Assembly: GCA_963750165.1 (NCBI GenBank)
Contig: CAVVPN010000004.1
Coordinates: 1,120,001 to 1,184,000, forward strand
Length of the DNA stretch: 64,000 nt
Source of the DNA: an uncultured Gemmataceae bacterium
GTDB lineage: Bacteria > Planctomycetota > Planctomycetia > Gemmatales > Gemmataceae
Reading direction: 5' to 3'
Below are positions 21,670 through 33,372 of this stretch, piece after piece. Position 1 is the first letter of the stretch; each line of letters opens with the position of its first letter. A program made the translations under genes and the position numbers. Under the pieces are notes generated by a model that saw only the letters and a list, made by a program, of their open reading frames with translations, was not told the DNA's origin and did no database searches.

Positions 21670-23607
21670 TCACGGGTTGCCCGCTTTCGCCACCGGCTCG
21701 AACTCCACCCAGCGCGTGCGCACGTTCCGCCCCGTCGGCACCTGCCACGCCGCCGCACCCTGGCCCTCCGTGAAGACGTGTGCCGCACGGTGCGGCCCGG
21801 CGTCATCGGTCCAGTCGAATGTCACCTTCGTGGCGTCCGTTCCGGGGGTGCGGTACACCAGATGCACCTCCGCCCGTGCCACCGGCTTGCCGCCGTTGTT
21901 GCGGAAGCGCACCTGCACTCCTGGCGCGCCGTCCTTGATCTCCGCCGTGCCCCAGCACAGGCTCTGCGACCAGTAGTCGCCGGGTTCGTCGCCGCGGCGC
22001 GGGATCGTCCAGTCCTTGACCAGCGGCTGCCACGTTTTGCCGTAGCTGGTCGAGAACTCAATCTGATACTTGATGTCGGGCCGCGGCGGACTGCCGGACT
22101 GCACGTGAGCCGCCGCGTACACCGCCAGTGCCTTCCTCAAGCCCGGCGTGTGGACTTCCAGGGTGACGCTCGGCGAGCCGAACTTGCCCGCGACCACGTG
22201 GGCCGCCGCCTGTGGCAGATTCGGCCCCGCGGACACCACCGCCCGCCGCGACGCCTCGTACTGTACCGTGCTGCCCTGGTCCTTCAGTCGCGGCAGCACT
22301 GAACCATTGGCCTGACAAACCGTCGTCATGACGAGCCCCGCTTTCGCCAGCGCCTTCGCGCCGGCATTGAACTTCAAGAAATACTGCCGCCGCCCCTTGA
22401 CCTGATCGGTCAGGTCCAGCGCCCCGGCCAGCTTGCCGGCGTCGTGCCAGGTCTTGCCCTGATCGACCGAGACGAACACCTTGCAGTCCGCCTGGCCGCG
22501 CACCACCAACCCATTGCGACAGCCGGCGTCGTAAATGCCCCACGGCTTCGCGTTCGGCGGCGTCGCAGCGATGATGTACGGCGTGTAAAACGTAAAGGTC
22601 ACTTCATTCGGCCCTTCCTCAAGGACGCCGTCCGTGTAGTCATTGCTGGCGAAGTCCGGCCGGTAGGTGTAGACGGCGTTGGCGTAGCGGGCCTGGCCGG
22701 GCTTGTAGCCGGCACCGGTCTTCGAGCCGTGCATCCTGTCCGGCTGGTTGACCCAGGTATGCGACCGCTCCGGCCCCGGCACGCCAGCGGTGTTGTAATT
22801 GCGACCCCAGAACACAAACGTCTTGCCGTCCGCCAGGCCCGGTTCCAGGTAGCGGCGCAGCGTTTCGCCGCGGCGCAGATGCACCAGCGGTGGCGGCCCA
22901 CTGTAGCCGGCCAGGTACTCCGCCACCGCGTAACGGGCGTAGGAGCCGCCGTCGCTCGGGTGCAGACCGCACACCAGCCAGCCGTGCTGCCGGCCCGGCA
23001 AATACTGGCGGTCGGTCAACTTCTTCCAGTCCTTGTAGATTTCGGCCAGCGACAGCAGGGCGGTGCCGTCCTTGTTGTAGATGACCGTGGACAGGTCGTG
23101 ATCGAGGAGCACCCACTTGCCCTTACCATAGGGGCCGCCGGTCAGGAAGACCTCAAAGGCGTTGTGGCCCTCGGTGCCGACGCCGCGGCCACGGCTGTGG
23201 CCGAACAACGCCTGCATCTCCGCGACCCATTGCGAGTGTGTGGTGCCGCACAGGCCGAAGCCGTGGGCAAACAGCCCCGTCCAGTATTCGCGCGCCCGCA
23301 CGTCCGGGCCCTTGCGGAAACCCTGGCCCCACAAATCCTCCGCCCCCTCCTCGCCGTGCCAGTAGTGCGTGTTGCGCCACAGCCAGGCCGCCAGCGCCTT
23401 CTGCTCATCGGTCGTCGGTTTGACGCCGACCACGCGCTGGTACAGCGCCGCCTGGGTGGCGAACAGGCGCTCGAAGGTCGAGCAGGACAGCTCGCCCGGA
23501 TACCAGGGGTGATCGGTGCGCACCTGGGGGTCGCCCACGTCCGCCCACGCCGGGGCCGCCGCCAGCAGTCCGAACGCCACGCCGATGCCGACCAACCAGC
23601 TCCGCAT
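21670..23607 (-). CDS. Secreted hypothetical protein
   Basis: Signal peptide MRSWLVG...AAPAWA; long ORF with protein-like composition. Confidence 0.8.
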   Translation of the reverse strand: MRSWLVGIGVAFGLLAAAPAWADVGDPQVRTDHPWYPGELSCSTFERLFATQAALYQRVVGVKPTTDEQKALAAWLWRNTHYWHGEEGAEDLWGQGFRKGPDVRAREYWTGLFAHGFGLCGTTHSQWVAEMQALFGHSRGRGVGTEGHNAFEVFLTGGPYGKGKWVLLDHDLSTVIYNKDGTALLSLAEIYKDWKKLTDRQYLPGRQHGWLVCGLHPSDGGSYARYAVAEYLAGYSGPPPLVHLRRGETLRRYLEPGLADGKTFVFWGRNYNTAGVPGPERSHTWVNQPDRMHGSKTGAGYKPGQARYANAVYTYRPDFASNDYTDGVLEEGPNEVTFTFYTPYIIAATPPNAKPWGIYDAGCRNGLVVRGQADCKVFVSVDQGKTWHDAGKLAGALDLTDQVKGRRQYFLKFNAGAKALAKAGLVMTTVCQANGSVLPRLKDQGSTVQYEASRRAVVSAGPNLPQAAAHVVAGKFGSPSVTLEVHTPGLRKALAVYAAAHVQSGSPPRPDIKYQIEFSTSYGKTWQPLVKDWTIPRRGDEPGDYWSQSLCWGTAEIKDGAPGVQVRFRNNGGKPVARAEVHLVYRTPGTDATKVTFDWTDDAGPHRAAHVFTEGQGAAAWQVPTGRNVRTRWVEFEPVAKAGNP

Positions 23608-24300
23608 GAAGCACCTCCCACAACAGGTTTTGAAAGGGCGTCTCCCGAACGGGGAACCGGGCGCATACCCGTCCCCCTGCCGCTCTGAATCTGGAGGCGA
23701 GCGGCCCTGTCCGCGGCGGGAAGCCCAGCAGCCGGCCATGAGACATTTTTAACTTAATCCGCCTTTACGACATTTACTGAGATTGATATGTATATGTATG
23801 AGAAAGTAAAAAATCGCCCACGTTGTTTTCACTGACCATATCCCAAAATGGTCTGGTGGAATGGAGCAATGCTGGTTTCACACCAAACCAACCCCTTGAT
23901 GATCGGTCCAGCTATAAAGGAATGCATCATGCGTCACCCGAGCCCAGCCGGTTCGCTGCCACAGCCGTGAGAATTCTTTCCATCCGCTGTCGAGCCATTC
24001 TGCCGTAACACCCCTCAGATAATAACGTAATCGTCGTCTCTCCACGACGACCGCGGCTTGGTTCAGAACACCGGCTCGCGCACCGCTCATCGGGCGTCAC
24101 CGCCGATGGTTCCGCTTGGCCGTCCGCTGGTATCCCGTGGCAAACTCTCCGTGAAGGGCAAGGAGCGAAGCTCACGTCGGGCCGTCCTTCACCGAACCAT
24201 CAAACCTCCAACCACCGCGCTGGCGACGCGCGGAGGGGGATGGCGTTGCGCCGTCCAGGTCGAGTTGATTGAATCTCTCCAGGAACCAGCAGGCCCAACC

Positions 24301-25533
24301 ATGAAGACAACCCTTGCCCCTCCGGCGTTTCGCCCCGCACCTGCCCCGCGCCTCGCAATGGCGCACGGCGTTGCCGCCGGAGCCTCGAGGTCGCAACCCG
24401 CCCCAGACGGGGCGGACACGGCGCCCCGCCCGCGCACCCGGTGGAAGCCACCCTGACCACCTTGTGGCAAGCGATCCTTCAGGTCCCGGCGGTCGGCCCC
24501 CGGGATGACTTTTTCGCCCTGGGGGGCGATTCGATGGCCGCCGTTGAGTTGTTTCATGAAATCCACAAGGTATTCGGCGAGCGCTTCCCCTTGGAGACGA
24601 TCTTCCAGGCATCGACGGTGGAGCAACTCGGCCGGTTGATCGGCCGGCACACCCCGACTCCGGCCCAGCGCCTGGTGCCGATCCAACCGGCCGGCACGCG
24701 GCCGCCCTTCTTCTGCGTCCACGGCGTGGGCGGCGAGGTCGTCAACCTGCACCGGTTGGCCCACCACCTGGGGGGCGACCGCCCCTTCATCGCCATCCAG
24801 TCGCTGGCCCTGCGCACGGGCACGCCGCCGGGACGAATCGAGGACATCGCCGCCGCCTACCTGCAAGAGCTGCTGGCTTTCCGGCCGACCGGCCCGTACT
24901 ACCTCGGCGGCTACTCCTTCGGCGCCACGGTCGCCTACGAGATGGCGCAGCAGCTCCGCCGGGACGGCCGGGACGTGGCCTGCGTGGCCCTCCTCGACCG
25001 TCGGCGCCGGCAGGTCTCCGCGGACAACGCCTGGGACCTGCCGGTGCTGGCCCGCTGTCTGGGGAACGTGCCGCAGTGGCTCCGGGACGACGGGCACCGC
25101 CTGCGGCCCGGCAGCCTGTCCGTGCGCGTGGGGCGGCGGGCGAGCGGCCTGGCGCGGCGCTGGCTGTCGTGGGCGTGGCCCGGCCGCCGCGCCGACGCGG
25201 CGCCGGACGTGCCGGACTGCTTCGACCTGGACCGCCTGTCGGACGACTCCCTGGCTCTGCTGCAGGCGCACTACCCGGGCGCTGCGGGAGTACGAGCCGC
25301 AGCCCTACCCGGGCCGCGTGTTCCTGTTCCGGGCGCGCACGCAGCCGCTGCTGCCGGGCGACTGGCACCGGCTCGACATGGGCTGGGGCGGCCTGGCGGG
25401 AGGCGGGCTGTGCGTCGTCCCCGTCCCGGGCAACCACGCCACCCTCCTCGAAGAGCCGCACGTCGCCGTGCTGGCACGCAAGCTCCGGGCGGCCCTCGCT
25501 TCCGCCCCCAGCGGGTCGCGCACCGCGAATTGA
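24301..25533 (+). CDS. Carrier protein (PCP)-thioesterase didomain protein (frameshifts near 24440 and 25280)
   Basis: [11 protein letters not shown] (PCP), [18 protein letters not shown] (TE), then VPGNHATLL in a shifted frame. Confidence 0.8.
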
Positions 25534-25670
25534 TCAAATTTGCACATTTCTTCCCATTATTATTCCTTTGGCCGCCGGTTCTTCCGAGTGCCGGCGGCCG
25601 GGCTGGCGCCGCACGCCGGCACCGACGGGACCGCGGCGCGGGCGAGGTCGCCTTGCGTGATCTGGCAACT

Positions 25671-25679
25671 TGTTATAAT
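25671..25679 (+). promoter_or_regulatory. Extended -10 promoter of guaB
   Basis: TGtTATAAT about 36 bp before the guaB ATG; GGAGA RBS. Confidence 0.55.
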
Positions 25680-25715
25680 GGGCAAGAAAGCCTCTCGTCA
25701 GGAGACTTCCCCATC

Positions 25716-27200
25716 ATGCAAGACCGCATCGCGTATCAGGGCATCACGTTTGACGACGTGCTGCTGGAGCCCGCCTACAGCGACGTGTTGCCCCGGGACG
25801 CGGACGTCCGCACGCTGCTGACGCGCACCATCCGCCTGAACCTCCCCATCGTTTCCTCGCCGATGGACACCGTCACCGAGAGCGACCTGGCCATCGCCCT
25901 GGCGCAGGAGGGCGGCATCGGCATCATCCACAAGAACATGTCGATCGCCCACCAGACGCGCGAGGTCGATAAGGCCAAGCGCAGCGAGAACGGCATCATC
26001 ACCGACCCGGTGACGCTGCCGCCCGACGAGACGGTCGGCACCGCCAAGCGGCTCATGGACACGCACAAGGTGAGCGGCGTGCCCATCACGGTCAACGGCT
26101 ATCTGCGCGGCATCCTCACGCGCCGCGACCTGCGCTTCCTGCGCGACAACAACCAGAAAATCGCCGAGGTCATGACCCGCGACAACCTGGTAACCGCCGC
26201 GGAGAATACGACGCTGGAAGCGGCTGAGCGGATTTTGACGGAAAATAAAGTGGAGAAACTCTTGCTGGTGGACGAAAAATATAAACTGAAGGGCCTGATC
26301 ACCATCAAGGACATCGACAAGTTGACGAACTTCCCCGCTGCGTGCAAGGACGAGCGCGGCCGGCTGCGCGTTGGGGCGGCTCTGGGCATCCACGACTACG
26401 AGCGTGCCGAGTCGCTCATCAAGGCGGGTGTCGATGTGCTGGTGGTCGATTCGGCGCACGGCCACTCGAAAAACGTTGTCGAGACGGTGCGCAAGCTCAA
26501 GCAGCAGCACGACATCGCGGTCATCGCCGGCAACATCGCCACCAGCGAGGGCGCCCGCGCCCTGGTGGACGCCGGCGCGGACGGCGTGAAGGCTGGTCTT
26601 GGCCCCGGGTCCATTTGCACAACGCGGATCGTTTCGGGGGTTGGCGTGCCGCAGATCACCGCCGTGTACCAGGCGGTCCAGGGCATCAAGGGCAGCGGCG
26701 TGCCGGTCATCGCCGACGGCGGCATCCGCTACTCGGGCGATCTGGTGAAGGCGCTGGCGGCAGGGGCGCACAGTGTCATGCTTGGCGGCCTGCTGGCGGG
26801 CCTGGCGGAGAGCCCCGGGCAGACGATCATTTACAAGGGACGCAGTTTCAAGACGTATCGCGGCATGGGCTCCATCGGGGCCATGGTGGCCGGGTCGAGC
26901 GATCGCTACCGACAGCCGGACGCGCCGCCGGGCAGCGGTAAACTGGTGCCGGAGGGGGTCGAGGGTCGCGTACCCTACAAGGGCAATCTGGCTCCGTTCG
27001 TCTACCAGCTGGTCGGTGGGCTGCGGGCCGGCATGGGCTACTGTGGCACGAGGAATATCGAGGAATTGCGCACGCGTTCCCGCTTCATCCTGGTGAGCGG
27101 CGCGTCGGTGCAGGAGAGCCACCCACATGACATCGCCATTACGCAGGAAGCGCCGAACTACAGTTCACGGAACGAGCTGGCGAGCACGGACGGCGGCTAG
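25716..27200 (+). CDS. guaB: IMP dehydrogenase
   Basis: [18 protein letters not shown] pair, [15 protein letters not shown] and VPEGVEG motifs. Confidence 0.97.
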   Translation: MQDRIAYQGITFDDVLLEPAYSDVLPRDADVRTLLTRTIRLNLPIVSSPMDTVTESDLAIALAQEGGIGIIHKNMSIAHQTREVDKAKRSENGIITDPVTLPPDETVGTAKRLMDTHKVSGVPITVNGYLRGILTRRDLRFLRDNNQKIAEVMTRDNLVTAAENTTLEAAERILTENKVEKLLLVDEKYKLKGLITIKDIDKLTNFPAACKDERGRLRVGAALGIHDYERAESLIKAGVDVLVVDSAHGHSKNVVETVRKLKQQHDIAVIAGNIATSEGARALVDAGADGVKAGLGPGSICTTRIVSGVGVPQITAVYQAVQGIKGSGVPVIADGGIRYSGDLVKALAAGAHSVMLGGLLAGLAESPGQTIIYKGRSFKTYRGMGSIGAMVAGSSDRYRQPDAPPGSGKLVPEGVEGRVPYKGNLAPFVYQLVGGLRAGMGYCGTRNIEELRTRSRFILVSGASVQESHPHDIAITQEAPNYSSRNELASTDGG

Positions 27201-28158
27201 CCTCCTGGTTCTGGGCGGCCTGCTCGGCGGCCGTGCCGCCGCGCAGCAGGTCGCGCTGCCTGTGCGACCGGTTACGCCGGCCGCCCTGGCCGACAACCTG
27301 CCCGCTCCGCCCGCGAACATCACTAACCTGCCGCCGCTGCCCAACCTCGCCCCGCCCACGCCGCCGGTGCCGCCCGTACCCAACGGCCGCCGGCAGCCCC
27401 CGGCGCACCTGCCGCCGCCCGCGCCGGCCGCGCCTCCAAGCACGACCCTGCACTTCAGCCGTGACCCGGTGGGGCCGACTCCGCTGGGGCAGTACCTGGC
27501 CCCGTTCACACCGCCCGAGGGGCCGATGAACCAGGCGCTGCTGGCCCTGGGTACGGTCCAGGTCAGCCCGGCGTACACCGGGCCGGTGGCCATGCCGACG
27601 ACGCAACCGCCCAACTTCGGCCTGGGTCTGGCGCCGCTGTCGCCGCGGCAGCGCCGGGTGCTGGAGGAGAATCTGGATTACAGTATCCAGCTGGAAATCC
27701 CGAGCATCTACAAGTTGACGCGCCTGGAGTCCGAGGCCGCGCTGAAGGAGCGTATGCGGAACGAATTTCGGCTCCGCGGCGACCGCATCGTCTTCCCGGA
27801 GGAGCAGCCCCTGTCGCGCGCGCCGTACCAGGGCCGGCAGTGGCCGCCGTCGATCGAGATCGTCGAGCCGGCCTACGTCTGCCACCACCGCCTCTACTTC
27901 GAGCAGATCAACAGCGAACGCCTGGGTTGGTCGGTGGGATTTTTGCAGCCGGCGGTCAGCGCCCTGCACTTCTACTGGGATGCGTTCCTGCTGCCGTACC
28001 ATCTCGCCACGCTGCCGGGCAAGGAGTTTGATTGCAGTGCCGGCAAGTGCTTCCCGGGCGACCCGGCGCCGCTGGCCCTGTATCCGCCGATGCTGAGCGT
28101 GACCGGCGTGCTCGCCGAGACAGCCGTGCTCACGACTGGGTTCTTTGTCTTCCCGTAG
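27127..28158 (+). CDS. Pro-rich hypothetical exported protein
   Basis: Hydrophobic N-terminus; CHHRLYFEQ...ERLG C-terminal region; start uncertain. Confidence 0.65.
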   Translation: MTSPLRRKRRTTVHGTSWRARTAASLLVLGGLLGGRAAAQQVALPVRPVTPAALADNLPAPPANITNLPPLPNLAPPTPPVPPVPNGRRQPPAHLPPPAPAAPPSTTLHFSRDPVGPTPLGQYLAPFTPPEGPMNQALLALGTVQVSPAYTGPVAMPTTQPPNFGLGLAPLSPRQRRVLEENLDYSIQLEIPSIYKLTRLESEAALKERMRNEFRLRGDRIVFPEEQPLSRAPYQGRQWPPSIEIVEPAYVCHHRLYFEQINSERLGWSVGFLQPAVSALHFYWDAFLLPYHLATLPGKEFDCSAGKCFPGDPAPLALYPPMLSVTGVLAETAVLTTGFFVFP

Positions 28159-28444
28159 GCACCGGGCATTGGAAGCGGCGGCGGGAAGAAGTGTCCTCCG
28201 GATGCTGCGTTCGTAGTACCGCCTTCAGAGAGCGTCCAGCTTTGCAAGTGTTGGAAAATGATGGACGGCGCGGCGGCGGCGCCATTCCAATTCGGCTGCC
28301 GTTCCTTTGGTTCTCATACCCTTATTCTACTCGCCGCGTCGCATGTGATGTCTTTAGAAAAGTCGGACGCAGTAGATGCCCCGGCATATATTACCCCGGC
28401 AGGAAAGATCTTCATAAGCACGACGAGCCAAAGACGAGATTCGG

Positions 28445-29305
28445 CTACTGGTACTTCGGGCCTGTATGACCTTCTTTCGTGCGGCGGTAATACTCACGCA
28501 GCGGGAGACTTACCAAGCCGGACCTACGGCACGCATCGAGAACCTTCGCCCGCCCGCCGTCGGACGCACTGAGAATGTAACTGTTTGCAGGCAACTCGGG
28601 AAATCGGTCGGCAAATCCTGGCATGAGGTCTTTCAGTTCCGAATACCGAGGATCGTCCTTGCGAACAAATCCTCGGGGCACGGTATTCGGACTGATCCAA
28701 ACCCACTCAGGATTCTGAGATTGATCCGCCCCGAGGCGGGCGCGATATGTTGGATAGCCGTGGGCCCACGTATCCGGAGGTTCAAATTGGACGCCGAGCT
28801 GCACGGACAAACCGGCTTTCACGTTTTCGATGTCGGCGACGGCTTCCAAGACGTATTCATCATCGACGCGGATTTGGAGCATGTCGAGGTAGTCAGCGAA
28901 CGAACTCGCAATAGGAAGCTCCTCGTCGCATTCGATATCCGCAAGGGTGATCGCCGGAGCCTGTTGGTTCTTCCGATAATCCAGACAAAGGTGCCAATGC
29001 CCGTCGCCATCGAAGGGGATCAGTCCCTCAAGCGGGAAACCGACGTACGCCTGCGCTTCGTCCCAATCGAACCTGGTGAGAGATGGGAAAAACGGACCGA
29101 TGCCAGCGATCGTGTTATGGACATTCTCCGGTAGCTCATACCGAAGGTAGCCCCCATTCTGTTTCCGCAGCAGGGTCAGGTACTCGCTTGGAAGCCTGCA
29201 GCCGAGCGCCTTTTCAGCTGATGCAACGGCTTCGTCCGTCAAAGAAGGCTGAAGGTACGGCAAATAAGCCGGAACGCGCCAAATGGTGTCTGCGGTTGCG
29301 CCCAC
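28445..29305 (-). CDS. SMI1/KNR4 family protein (distal cassette)
   Basis: AEKALGCRLPSEY..LL..QNGG, GDGHWHLCLDYR, IASSFADYL. Confidence 0.85.
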   Translation of the reverse strand: MGATADTIWRVPAYLPYLQPSLTDEAVASAEKALGCRLPSEYLTLLRKQNGGYLRYELPENVHNTIAGIGPFFPSLTRFDWDEAQAYVGFPLEGLIPFDGDGHWHLCLDYRKNQQAPAITLADIECDEELPIASSFADYLDMLQIRVDDEYVLEAVADIENVKAGLSVQLGVQFEPPDTWAHGYPTYRARLGADQSQNPEWVWISPNTVPRGFVRKDDPRYSELKDLMPGFADRFPELPANSYILSASDGGRAKVLDACRRSGLVSLPLREYYRRTKEGHTGPKYQ

Positions 29306-29323
29306 GAGTAACGCTCCGTTGGC

Positions 29324-29419
29324 ATCTAACGGGCAAGCTCAGCGGCTGCGGGGGCCGGAGAGCCGTTGAACTCGGAAAGCCGCAATGCCCCCGCAGTCCG
29401 CTGAAGCGGGTGGTTCGAG
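29324..29419 (-). repeat. attC site
   Basis: Plus strand ATCTAAC...GTTCGAG; canonical GTTAGAT R' on the minus strand. Confidence 0.85.
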
Positions 29420-29522
29420 CCCCCACTACCTGACACCGAAACCCACTGACCGCAGGACTGGCCCCACTACCTTTGACCACGCCCGAGCAGCGGGACTCGG
29501 GGACCTGTGAGGTCCCGAACGC

Positions 29523-30083
29523 TTACGTCCCCCGCCGGTCAGAGGCGCTATCAGGTTCGGACAGACCACCGGACTCCGCTAGAGCTTCCGCCTTATCATA
29601 GCAGAACGCCTGCTTGATGAGTGCGGCCGATACCCGCGGCCCGGCCTCGATCGACTCCAGCGCCGCGTCGATCTCTGAGAAGACACAGTCGTAATCCCCA
29701 TCCGGCGGCAACTCACTGAGCCGGAACCGAGGGCCGTCGAGAACCAACCCGCCGTTTTCGCCATACGGGACCCACCAGGCGTCGCCGGCACCGAACTCGC
29801 GGACCCGCCTGCCGCCCGAGTAACGCACGCCGATACGGACGCAGCAACTATTATCGTAGAATAGGGCAACGGCCTGCCCAGTCACGGCCGACACCCGCCG
29901 TGCGACGCGCTCAACAGCCGGCTGGTCGAACAGATCGTGCCGGCCAGCTACACGGTGCACACCGTATATCCCGCGGGCCAAACGCACCAACCGCAACCGC
30001 AGCCTGGAGGAGAGCAAGCCGAAGGCACGGCGGGCGGTGCGCTCGTCGGAGCGGAACACCACCCCCTCGTACATCTCGCTCAT
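29523..30083 (-). CDS. Cassette hypothetical protein
   Basis: Full ORF after a GGAGG RBS; ends in a degenerate attC arm. Confidence 0.7.
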   Translation of the reverse strand: MSEMYEGVVFRSDERTARRAFGLLSSRLRLRLVRLARGIYGVHRVAGRHDLFDQPAVERVARRVSAVTGQAVALFYDNSCCVRIGVRYSGGRRVREFGAGDAWWVPYGENGGLVLDGPRFRLSELPPDGDYDCVFSEIDAALESIEAGPRVSAALIKQAFCYDKAEALAESGGLSEPDSASDRRGT

Positions 30084-30100
30084 CCTGTGCGCCTCCGGTA

Positions 30101-30196
30101 TTCAAACGACGAAGCTCAGCAGCGGCGGGGGCTGCAGAGCCGTAAACCTCAGAAAGCCTACATGCCCCCGCCGTCTGCTGTAGCGCCTGGTTCGGC
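30101..30196 (-). repeat. attC site
   Basis: TTCAAAC..GCTCAGCAGCGGCGGGGGC...GCCCCCGCCGTCTGCTGTAGC..GTTCGGC. Confidence 0.85.
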
Positions 30197-30808
30197 GTCC
30201 CACGGGACCGGCCGAAACCACGACGCGCCGATAAGCCGGCAGTGGGTGACCGTGTCGTCGCCGCTCACCTCGAGCTTATCCAAAAAACAGCGAGCCGGTG
30301 GGAACCGCTTTACTTCCCAGAGCTTGGAGATGCACAACAATCGCTCACGATTCGCCGCTCGAGTCCGGGATAGTTCGAGGCGACCAATCGCCGTCGAAAA
30401 CTGCCGATAAAAGTCTGCGGGATCCGGCGTCCATAGGCCGGCAATTTCCTCCATTTCAATGGTCACGAACCTCCCTGGTGCGTCGGCGACTGCGGTACGC
30501 AAAAGCTCGGCGTACCCGTCCAGCGGTCCCTCGGCCCTGAACATCCGATTGAGTGTTGGAAGGGCGCGGGCTAATTGCTCAAAGGCGAGGGCCTTTCGAG
30601 TAATTGGCGCTGTGGTGGTCACCTGTTGGCCTTCTACCTCAAAGACCTGGGTCCGCATGTCTGCCGGCCGAAACATCGCAAGCCAGACGAGGGGAACGCA
30701 GTAGGCATCGAAAGCCACTGTCTGCACCCTGCTGTCGTAGTTGGGATCCCCGATGTTTGGGTAGATGGTTTCCACATCTGAGACGCAAAGGTAGGAGCGA
30801 TTCGCCAT
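30158..30808 (-). CDS. Cassette hypothetical protein (reads into attC)
   Basis: ORF MANRSYL...; tail AEPGATADGGGM encoded by the attC. Confidence 0.75.
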   Translation of the reverse strand: MANRSYLCVSDVETIYPNIGDPNYDSRVQTVAFDAYCVPLVWLAMFRPADMRTQVFEVEGQQVTTTAPITRKALAFEQLARALPTLNRMFRAEGPLDGYAELLRTAVADAPGRFVTIEMEEIAGLWTPDPADFYRQFSTAIGRLELSRTRAANRERLLCISKLWEVKRFPPARCFLDKLEVSGDDTVTHCRLIGASWFRPVPWDAEPGATADGGGM

Positions 30809-30834
30809 CGGAATAGTCTCCTCGGCGTCCTGTA

Positions 30835-30923
30835 GCCGAACAACTCAGTTCACGTGCGGGCCACTCGACTCAATGCTCAGCTGCAACCTCAGTTGGCCCG
30901 TCACGTGCAACCGCTGGTTCGGG
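30835..30923 (-). repeat. attC site (family A)
   Basis: GCCGAAC..TTCACGTGCGGGCC...GGCCCGTCACGTGCAA..GTTCGGG. Confidence 0.9.
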
Positions 30924-30979
30924 TCGGTTTTCTCTCGACTTCGACCCTTTTGCCTCGGCCTGCTCTCGCGCTCACCCTC

Positions 30980-31531
30980 TTACTCGTTCTTTCCGAAAAT
31001 CGTGACACCGATGTTGTGCAAGCCAGCGTATTTGATTGCCAGGCCGAGGAGGATATACTCGTCCTTTTGGTAACCAGCAGCAAAAGCATCCTGATGCAGC
31101 AACATCGTCGGTTGGTTCTCTTGGCCGGACTGTGTTGCTTCTATCGCTGCTTTTTTTACACCCTTCGCAAATTCAGGAAGGTAGTGTTCAACAGTTGCAA
31201 CCACCGTATCCACTCGCCTCTTTTTTTCGGCAGCGGTAGGTGATTCCTGCTCGACACCTGGCACCAGCTTCATTACTCCGTCTTCTTGGAAGTTGAACTC
31301 GCCACGCCGGACTCGATCCAAGGCCCGGTTGATCTCGTCTTCGCGGCCCCGGTAGGACTGCAGAAACGTACTCACAGGAAAAGACGGGTCAACATCATAA
31401 AAGCCGACGACCGGGCCTGGCGGTGCTTTATCAAGGAGAAGCAACAGTTCGGCCTGACAATACTTTTCGTCAGCACAACGAGTGTACAAGGCTGCACTTT
31501 TTCCTTCGCCTTGCCGCATGATAAATGCCAT
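30980..31531 (-). CDS. Cassette hypothetical protein
   Basis: ORF fills the inter-attC space; GGAGA RBS. Confidence 0.7.
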   Translation of the reverse strand: MAFIMRQGEGKSAALYTRCADEKYCQAELLLLLDKAPPGPVVGFYDVDPSFPVSTFLQSYRGREDEINRALDRVRRGEFNFQEDGVMKLVPGVEQESPTAAEKKRRVDTVVATVEHYLPEFAKGVKKAAIEATQSGQENQPTMLLHQDAFAAGYQKDEYILLGLAIKYAGLHNIGVTIFGKNE

Positions 31532-31621
31532 TGTGTGGTCTCCTTTCCCGGACCAAGCTCAGCCTGGAGGATGCCTTTAGTATTCCACGCTCCGCGACCG
31601 ACGGCTACCGCTCTACGCGTG

Positions 31622-31722
31622 CCCGAACGACCAAGCTCAGCAGCAGCCTCACGCGGACCAAACCGCCACAACTCGCTCGACCGCCTATCGCGTGGGCTGT
31701 CTGCTGCAGCGACTGGTTCGGC
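31622..31722 (-). repeat. attC site
   Basis: CCCGAAC..GCTCAGCAGC...GTCTGCTGCAGC..GTTCGGC. Confidence 0.85.
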
Positions 31723-31734
31723 CTGTTGCCTATT

Positions 31735-32261
31735 CTACTTGCAGGCCGACACGTCTTGGTTGACGACCTCGCGAACCCGCGCCGCCTCCTCTTCATGCTT
31801 TACAACGACCCTCAATATCTCTAATGGCGCCCAATCCTGTGCCAAGGCCGGGCGAAGCGCAACCGCGAAGTCCTCCATCGACAGCGGGCCGAAGCCGGTC
31901 GCGAGTGCCGCGAGGTTGACCGTCCGGCGCGCAGCTCCCGCGCCTTGGACAAAGCCGTGAGGATCGTGTCTCTGACAAGCTCTATCGAGGAGTCGTAAGA
32001 CGGGTCGATCAAGACCGCGTGCAAGATCCTCTTGACCGGCAACGATCCCGGGCCGGTGCAAACCACCGTCCCGGGATCGACCGTTCTGCGGCCCCCGTCG
32101 CGCAGGTAGCGCTGAAGCTCCTCGTAAACGTCCTCGCCCTTAGGGCGTACGATGATCCCCAGGTTGACGCCGCCGGTCATCTGTAACCACGGGTTGGCGG
32201 TCGCCACCAACACGTCGGCAGGGACGTCGAGGATATTCCCAGCAAGGATCTCAAGCCTCAT
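31735..32261 (-). CDS. Macro-domain protein (frameshift near 31930)
   Basis: GNILDVPADVLV.TANPWLQMTGGV, GSLPVKRILHAV, then LAALATGFG in a shifted frame. Confidence 0.75.
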
Positions 32262-32292
32262 CTCCAGCCCCCAGAATGCGCTGCCTCTTGTG

Positions 32293-32382
32293 GCCGAACG
32301 ACCCAACTCTGCGGCGGGCCACTCGACGCAATGTTTCCAGATTGACCTCAGATGGCCCGTCCGCAGCAGCGTCTGGTTCGGC
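32293..32382 (-). repeat. attC site (family A)
   Basis: GCCGAAC..CTCTGCGGCGGGCC...GGCCCGTCCGCAGCAGC..GTTCGGC. Confidence 0.9.
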
Positions 32383-32793
32383 CAGTTACTTCATGCCGAC
32401 GCCGTTTCTTCTGGCTAATCTCACGTCGTAATTAGCGGCCGACTTTCACATTATTGAGGATCAGAGGCACCTCGTTATCCATTCCGATGAAACCACGAAG
32501 AAGTTCAATCCTTGCGACTTCTTTGACTCTGTCCGCCACACGTCCCATGTTCAGCTTAATCTGAATCTTGACGCCTTCAGGAAGCTTAACGGGTTGGGGC
32601 ATGAGTGGCATCGTGGGTTTGCCGAGCGCATAGGTTTTGCCGTCTTCGAGGATTGCCCTGCACCGGCCGAAAAAAACTAGGACGGCAATCCTGACTGGAG
32701 CCGTGGAGTTCCCCAGGGAATAATGGCGGTGCTCATTAGTCCATCTGTCTGAATACACAGGGAATTCTGTCCACTCCAGTCAGGATTGCTGTC

Positions 32794-33138
32794 CTAGAAA
32801 AAAACCATCTTGTCGCCATCTTCACTGAGTGCGGTCAGGGTCAACTCCCAATTCGGCCCATTCATCTGCGTCTTGGTCACCTCATACGTCACGCCGTCAA
32901 GAGTGCCCTTCACGGTCGTAGTACCCTTCGCAGACTTCTCCTTTTTGCCTCCACCCTTCTTGAGAAGTTCATTCTCCCGCTTGAGGAGATCGTTCTCCCG
33001 CTTCAAGAGTTCGATCTCCCGCTTGAGGAGTTCGATCTCTTTCTTGTACTGCCCTTCTTGACCCGATTGAGCATCCGCAACTCGTGGGAGTGCCAAGGAC
33101 ACGCAAGCAACACAGATGAGAGCAAAGCAACGGGCCAT
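32794..33138 (-). CDS. Secreted coiled-coil hypothetical protein (may continue to 32432)
   Basis: Signal peptide; EIELLKRE heptad repeats. Confidence 0.6.
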   Translation of the reverse strand: MARCFALICVACVSLALPRVADAQSGQEGQYKKEIELLKREIELLKRENDLLKRENELLKKGGGKKEKSAKGTTTVKGTLDGVTYEVTKTQMNGPNWELTLTALSEDGDKMVFF

Positions 33139-33232
33139 CTGAACCTCCCCCATTAGGAAATTCCGATCGAGCTTCGCCGAAAGGCCAGGGGCTCGCACCC
33201 TGTCCCGCCCACCCTCGACTCCGAAGGCGGCC

Positions 33233-33321
33233 GCCGAACAACCTAGCTCTGCGGCGGGCCACTCGACTCAATGTGTCCGAATAGACTCAGATGGCCCGTC
33301 CGCAGCAGCATCTGGTTCGGG
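33233..33321 (-). repeat. attC site (family A)
   Basis: Same arms as 32293. Confidence 0.9.
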
Positions 33322-33372
33322 TCTGATGTTTTCCAGATTCGACTCCCGACCCTCTTAGTTTTTCCGGCAAAG

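Noticed and set aside
24441..27200. 919-aa thioesterase-GuaB fusion
   Set aside because: Frameshift artefact; guaB has its own extended -10, RBS and ATG at 25716, and the thioesterase ends at 25533 in another frame
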